Shown: piece after piece, positions 59,230 through 64,000 of the stretch
How positions within the stretch are numbered: position 1 is the stretch's first letter
Layout: every line of letters starts with the position of its first letter
NCBI GenBank assembly: GCA_965215505.1
Contig: OZ244065.1
Span: 5,248,001-5,312,000 of the forward strand
DNA length: 64,000 bases
Source: Capsulimonadaceae bacterium
Lineage (GTDB): Bacteria; Armatimonadota; Armatimonadia; Armatimonadales; Capsulimonadaceae
Direction of reading: 5' to 3'
The notes under the pieces: model-generated
Databases searched by the model: none
What the model was told of the DNA's origin: nothing
What the model saw: only the letters and a program-made list of their open reading frames with translations
Translations under genes and position numbers: made by a program

Positions 59230-61023
59230 TCACTCATGGAACCGGACGTACCCCGTCTCCTCGCCCTGCGCGCGCATCCGCACCAGCTTGGCCGACGTGT
59301 GACGCATCCCGTGACCGTCCGCCCAGGACTGGAGCCGCGCCATCATCTGCCCCAGCGTCTCGCTCGGCCCGTGCAGTTTCGGCAGGACTTTCTGCGTCAC
59401 CTGCAAGTCCAGTGCCAGCAGGAAATTCGCTTCAGGCTCCGACAGCAGCAGCCCCGCGCCCGTCTCCCCGTCGAAGCCGTTGGCGAGGAACATCAGCACG
59501 TCGTCGCGGACCCGGTAGGCGAAGTGCAGGCGGTGCGCGTAGAGAGTCTCGTTGATCGCCTGGAGCGCGGCCAGGGCGCGGTCGGGAAACGCGGCGTCGA
59601 GCCGCGACAGCCGCTCCCGTGCCCGGCTCACGCTCGCCACGCGCGCGTTCAGGAAAAGCACCTGCCGGGCCGCAGGCGATGCCCCCAGGTCCTCGTCAAG
59701 CCGCGCGGACCCCTTGCCGCCGATCACCCCGTCCAGCACAGGCGGCTCGTCGAAGTCAAGCGTGTTCGCCCGGTCCAGAACTTTACGGGAGAAGCCGTGC
59801 GTCGTTTCGTCCACGTTCACCGTCCCCGTCACGAACAGGTTGGGCGGCAGGACGAGGTCCGGCACGTCCTCGTGCAGTGGGATTCGGTGCCCGCGCGACT
59901 CCAGGGCCGACAGGTAATCCGCCAGATAGTGTTCGACGCGCGCCAGGTTCATCTCGTCCAGGCAGACGAAATACGCCCGCTGCCGGTTCTCGGGCAGCGC
60001 GGCCCGACGGGCGATTTCCAGGAACGGAGTGGAGACGTAGCGGTTCGCGAGCAGGTTGTGGTAGCCGAACAGCGCCGCCGAGTCGTTCCAGTCGGGACGG
60101 ACGGGCAGAAGCCGGAACTGCCCGGCGTGGTGCCCCGTCATCGCCTCCGCGAACAATTCGGCCAGCCTCGTCTTGCCGGTCCCCGAGACGCCCGAGAGGA
60201 TGGCGAACGGCTTCGTCTTGAGCGCGACATAGTACGACCGCAGGCGGTAAGCCGGGAAGGTGAAGCCCTGCCCGAGCGCGTACTCTTCCAGGGCCGCAAG
60301 CAGCGTCGTCTCGGTCAGCGTGGCCAGAACGCCCTCGCCATACCCCGCGCCCGGCTCCCGCACCCGCGCGGCGATAGGCGGCGCAGTCACGGCAGGGACG
60401 TCGGCCCGCAGCCCGGCGTCCACTTCGGGATAGGTCGCCAGCCCCAGCGCCTCGCGGATCTGCTCGTACACGACGAACAGGGCCAGCAGGTTTTGTGCCG
60501 CATCCGGGGAACCCGTTTCGGGCAGGGCAAACCCGTACCGTTCGGCGGCCTCCGCCAGCGCCTCACGCCGCTGCTCGGCGGTCAGCCCGAGGCGGCGCAA
60601 GGCGGGGCGCGTGACAAGGGGGTAGGTGTCGGGGGCGAAGGCGCAGAGCAGGGCGGAGGCCGTCTGTGTCCCCGTGCCGCGCACGCTGAGGAAGGCGCGC
60701 AGGCGGTCCAGGAGAGTTTCTGTGCCGAACAGCAGGCGGCGCAGGCGGTCGTCAAACCCGTTCGGGTCATTCGCATAGAGCCGCCGGGAGAGGTTGGTGT
60801 TCGGGGCGAGTTCCGAGGCCGCCCGCAGCAGCCGCGCCCGCTCCTCCTCGGTCAGCAGACGGCCCGCCTTTAGCCCGCTCCCGGAGAGCGCCGCGCCGAA
60901 GGCGAGCGCCGCCCGCGACTGCGCCTCGCGCCGCCTCCAGAAATCAAAGCGTCGCTCCCCTTCGTCCTGGCCGGCGCGGATCGCCGCCAGCCGGGCGCGC
61001 TGGGTATCGTTGAGGGTGAACAT
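59230..61023 (-). CDS. McrB-like AAA+ NTPase with an uncharacterised N-terminal domain
   Basis: FAILSGVSGTGKT, VRPDW, LDEMNLARVEHY, GTVNVDETT..FS.KVLDRA, QKVLPKL. Confidence 0.88.
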   Translation of the reverse strand: MFTLNDTQRARLAAIRAGQDEGERRFDFWRRREAQSRAALAFGAALSGSGLKAGRLLTEEERARLLRAASELAPNTNLSRRLYANDPNGFDDRLRRLLFGTETLLDRLRAFLSVRGTGTQTASALLCAFAPDTYPLVTRPALRRLGLTAEQRREALAEAAERYGFALPETGSPDAAQNLLALFVVYEQIREALGLATYPEVDAGLRADVPAVTAPPIAARVREPGAGYGEGVLATLTETTLLAALEEYALGQGFTFPAYRLRSYYVALKTKPFAILSGVSGTGKTRLAELFAEAMTGHHAGQFRLLPVRPDWNDSAALFGYHNLLANRYVSTPFLEIARRAALPENRQRAYFVCLDEMNLARVEHYLADYLSALESRGHRIPLHEDVPDLVLPPNLFVTGTVNVDETTHGFSRKVLDRANTLDFDEPPVLDGVIGGKGSARLDEDLGASPAARQVLFLNARVASVSRARERLSRLDAAFPDRALAALQAINETLYAHRLHFAYRVRDDVLMFLANGFDGETGAGLLLSEPEANFLLALDLQVTQKVLPKLHGPSETLGQMMARLQSWADGHGMRHTSAKLVRMRAQGEETGYVRFHE

Positions 61024-61080
61024 GATGCCATCTGCCGATTGTTGAGGCTTACTGGCATCTATTATACCCCAAGCAGCCTC

Positions 61081-61719
61081 TTAATCGGCGCGGTGGCCTG
61101 TCACCACATACAGCGGGTCGGACCGGCCCGGACGCGGGCTGATGTCCGCCCCCTCGACCTGATCCCATCCCCCGCTCTGCTCGAAATACAGCCCGACGAG
61201 GGCGATGTGCTGGCTGTCGTCGGTCCCCAGCCAGAGCCGTGTCGCCTTGGTCGGGAAGCAGCGGTTGGAGAACGAGACGATGAACTGCCCGCCGGGCCGC
61301 AGGACGCGCCGGACCTCGGTGAACACCTCGACCGGATGCAGCAAATACTGGACGCTGACCGTGCAAAGCGCCACGTCAAACGACTCGTCCGCATAGGGGA
61401 GGGTGGGGTCATCGTTCAGGCTGTGGACGACATGGTCCGTGAGCTGCGCGTTCGCCGCCATCTCCGCCCCGTTCATGCCCAGCCCGACCACATGGTGGCA
61501 CCGGGCGCGGACGTCCGGCGGCAGGTGCGTCAGATACGCCGACATCAGATCCAGCACGTCCGCGCCGTCCGGCACGCGCGGGCGGAAGAACTCGCCTAGG
61601 GCGGCGATCGCCGCGTCATCAATGTGCGCCACCAGGCGCGGCGACTGGTAAAATTGGAAGTCCGAGGACTCGTCCTGCCGCCGGAAATACTGGTCGGGGA
61701 TGTTCTCTACGCGCATCAC
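61081..61719 (-). CDS. SAM-dependent methyltransferase
   Basis: FY..PRLVAHID, VLDLMS, SVQYL, SFSNRCFPTKA. Confidence 0.9.
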   Translation of the reverse strand: MMRVENIPDQYFRRQDESSDFQFYQSPRLVAHIDDAAIAALGEFFRPRVPDGADVLDLMSAYLTHLPPDVRARCHHVVGLGMNGAEMAANAQLTDHVVHSLNDDPTLPYADESFDVALCTVSVQYLLHPVEVFTEVRRVLRPGGQFIVSFSNRCFPTKATRLWLGTDDSQHIALVGLYFEQSGGWDQVEGADISPRPGRSDPLYVVTGHRAD

Positions 61720-61741
61720 AGGATGCTTTCTAATGTCTGCC

Positions 61742-62365
61742 CTAATCGCAGCGGTCTAGCTGCAAGCACTCGATGAAGAAGGCCGCCAGCCGCTGGTGGC
61801 CCTCGTCGTTCAGATGCGCCTCGTCGGCGGAGAGGGCAGCGAAGTTCCGGGCGTCAATACCCGAGTTCTCCCAGGCGTCGGCCAGCTTCAGCCCGTACCG
61901 GTCGGCCAGGTGCCGCACCACGCCGTTGTAGTCTTCCAGGACCAGCCCCAGCGCGTTAGGCGTCTCGGCGTCCGCCCGGTAGACCAGCGTACTCAGGGCG
62001 ACCTGCGCGTCCGGCAGGTTCTCGATCAGCCCGCGCAGGACCGTGTCATAGTCCCACAGGAACGTCCCCTGCCGGAACTGGCCCGCCTCACCCAGCGGCT
62101 TGCCGGCAGCGAAGTCGTTGGCCCCGTACAAAATGACCACGAGGCTCGGGGCCGCATGAAGCACGTCCGGGACGCGCCCGATGCCGCTCTCCTCGTCCAC
62201 AATCATGCCCCTGTCGTCCCGCCCGGTCATGCATGTCCCGCCAATACCGAGGTTGATCTCTTCCCACCCCAACGCCTGGCAGATCAATGTGCTGAACCGC
62301 TTGTCAGGCGAAGAAGCCCCGTCCCCCTGCACCGTGGACGCCCCAAAAAACACCGCTTTAGTCAT
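61742..62365 (-). CDS. SGNH/GDSL hydrolase
   Basis: FFGAST, NLGIGG, YGAND, DEAHLN. Confidence 0.88.
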   Translation of the reverse strand: MTKAVFFGASTVQGDGASSPDKRFSTLICQALGWEEINLGIGGTCMTGRDDRGMIVDEESGIGRVPDVLHAAPSLVVILYGANDFAAGKPLGEAGQFRQGTFLWDYDTVLRGLIENLPDAQVALSTLVYRADAETPNALGLVLEDYNGVVRHLADRYGLKLADAWENSGIDARNFAALSADEAHLNDEGHQRLAAFFIECLQLDRCD

Positions 62366-62393
62366 TGCCGATTATCCCCGCTCCGGCGGGAAC

Positions 62394-62765
62394 TCAACCC
62401 GTCGCCAGCGCCTGGATCAGCTCCACCCGGTTGCCGAACGGGTCCCGGAACTCGAACCGTGTATAGCCCGGAATGGGGACGCCTTCCAAAGCCGCGATTC
62501 CCTCCCGCCCCAGCCGCTCGCGCCATGCCTCTAGATCATCCACCAGATAAGCCAGGTGCGCCTTCGTCGCCGCCCGCTCCACCCCGTCCTCCACCCCGAC
62601 ATGCACCTGCTGCCCGCCCACCTCCACCCAGAAGCCGCCGCGCGCCGCCAGTGACTCGGGCTTCGGCGTCTCAGCCAGCCCCAGCACGCCGCAGTAAAAC
62701 CGCCGCGCGTCTTCCTCCGCGCCCGTCGGGATGGTGATCTGCGCGTGGTGCAGGCCGAGTATCAT
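62394..62765 (-). CDS. VOC/glyoxalase family protein
   Basis: LHHAQI, ARRFY..VLGL, AHLAY, DPFGNRVEL. Confidence 0.92.
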   Translation of the reverse strand: MILGLHHAQITIPTGAEEDARRFYCGVLGLAETPKPESLAARGGFWVEVGGQQVHVGVEDGVERAATKAHLAYLVDDLEAWRERLGREGIAALEGVPIPGYTRFEFRDPFGNRVELIQALATG

Positions 62766-62776
62766 AGGGCTGTTCC

Positions 62777-63703
62777 TCACGTCTCTTGTAAATCCACAGA
62801 GTAAAGGCTGTTTGTCGTCACCAAATACAGGCGTGACCCTCTCCCAAAGGCGTTCATAAACCCTATGACCGCGCCATCTTCGGAGACAGCCTGACGTTCT
62901 TCTTTAGCAAGTTCTCCATCCTCCGACTGATAAAGATGCACGACGAATAGCTTGTCTCTTTGGCCGTAGCCGCCCGTGAACAGTGCGCGATCTTTCCAGA
63001 CAGCAACAGCATCCGCGCCGTGTATCGGGTTGTTGTCCCACCTGCGCCTAATCTGCCCGTTCTGCACCCTGACCAGTGGGAAGTTTGTATAGGGACAGAG
63101 CCATGCTTCCTCATCACCCACAACATTGAGCGCGTAACAGTCCGCAATCATCCACTCATTCGCCGCATTGAAGTTAAACCTTTGGACACCCTTATCGTCA
63201 AAGACAGCAAGGCCGGCGCTGCCGAGCGCCGCATCTGCATTGCCGAAGACGCCCTCATCGAAATAGCTCACCCATATTTGGCCGCTTGACGTTGTCTGAA
63301 CGTCCTTGATGCCGTCCCCCAGAGGCATCGTGTGGAGCAGTTTCCCCTCCGCTGAGTAGATGTGGCCGTTAGCATTCAGGTCGCCATCCGCCCGCGTCCG
63401 CACGAGGAGCCATCTGCCTTCTGGGAGGGGTTGGGCACGGTAGAAGTCGTCATGCGCTTCGGCAATGTCTACGACCTCCCAGCCGGTTTCAACTTCATGG
63501 TAGATACGCGAACGGGTAGGCCGGCGCGTGACCCCTCCGGCAGACTTGGGGACTCTCTCACGCACCCGCTGATAGTAGGGCTTCTGTTCCATCGCCACGA
63601 TGATCGCCCCGCCCGATGGCCCTACCGAGACGGCGACCCTATGCCAGTCTGAGACGATGGAGGTGAAATCTACGATGTGACGCGCGGCAAGAGGTTGGAT
63701 CAT
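62777..63703 (-). CDS. Conserved hypothetical beta-rich protein
   Basis: GDGIKDV, IWVSYFDEGVFG, IADCYALNV; lower GC. Confidence 0.75.
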   Translation of the reverse strand: MIQPLAARHIVDFTSIVSDWHRVAVSVGPSGGAIIVAMEQKPYYQRVRERVPKSAGGVTRRPTRSRIYHEVETGWEVVDIAEAHDDFYRAQPLPEGRWLLVRTRADGDLNANGHIYSAEGKLLHTMPLGDGIKDVQTTSSGQIWVSYFDEGVFGNADAALGSAGLAVFDDKGVQRFNFNAANEWMIADCYALNVVGDEEAWLCPYTNFPLVRVQNGQIRRRWDNNPIHGADAVAVWKDRALFTGGYGQRDKLFVVHLYQSEDGELAKEERQAVSEDGAVIGFMNAFGRGSRLYLVTTNSLYSVDLQET

Positions 63704-63711
63704 TCAGGGCC

Positions 63712-64000
63712 TCACCGCTCAACATCGCCCCGATGCCACCGAAGGCCCCCTGGCAGCGGCTCGGCGGCGTACTCCAAATGGATGACGCGCCGGTGGCGTG
63801 GCGACTGCGAGGCCGACGACGCATGGAGCAGCAGGGGGCGCATCAGTAGCGCCCCGCCGCTCGGGACGGGGCAGGGGACGCTCGCCGTCTGCGTCCGCCG
63901 CTGCTGGATTTCCGCCGCCGTCAGCCTGCCGCCTAGATGAGAACCCGGCAGGACCAGCAGCGGGCCATTCGTCTCGTCGCAGTCGTCCAGGTGCAGGCGC
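63712..64000 (-). CDS. Phytanoyl-CoA dioxygenase family protein; 5' part beyond the window
   Basis: Hand translation RLHLDDCDETNGPLLVLPGSH...LMRPLLLHASS...RRVIHLEY. Confidence 0.88.
   Translation of the reverse strand, partial: RLHLDDCDETNGPLLVLPGSHLGGRLTAAEIQQRRTQTASVPCPVPSGGALLMRPLLLHASSASQSPRHRRVIHLEYAAEPLPGGLRWHRGDVER

Noticed and set aside
57921-61023. Integrative element at tRNA-Thr(GGT)
   Set aside because: No integrase and no duplicated tRNA 3' end found by eye

Overview
High-GC bacterial chromosome segment. The gene content (PEP-CTERM protein, prepilin/H-X9-DG DUF1559 protein, beta-barrel OM protein, and a tmk-darA-holB cluster) suggests Armatimonadota; this is an inference. The window is mostly housekeeping and signalling genes (tmk, darA, holB, fliA/whiG, hemL, PMM, queD, folE, two thioredoxins, two RRM proteins) plus tRNA-Thr/Tyr/Thr. 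The most notable structure is an alternative complex III operon (actA-B1-B2-F-C ... D-E) split by a ~9.2 kb block. That block holds three type IV minor pilin genes and, divergently, a cytoplasmic hybrid histidine kinase (GAF-PAS-HisKA-HATPase-REC-HPt) translationally coupled to a PilB/GspE ATPase with its own intact N-terminal REC domain. Both arms have sigma-28-like promoters. Other points: a conserved long 5' leader shared by the two distant RRM paralogs; REP-like palindromes that bracket a cargo gene or sit in frame inside actB; an hemL-linked methyltransferase/flavoenzyme/cyclase/ketosynthase cluster; an S41 protease lacking its catalytic Ser; a decayed HNH plus barstar-like islet; and an orphan McrB-like ATPase. 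No CRISPR array, rRNA, integrase or transposase was recognised. All family calls come from motifs read by eye, not from database searches.
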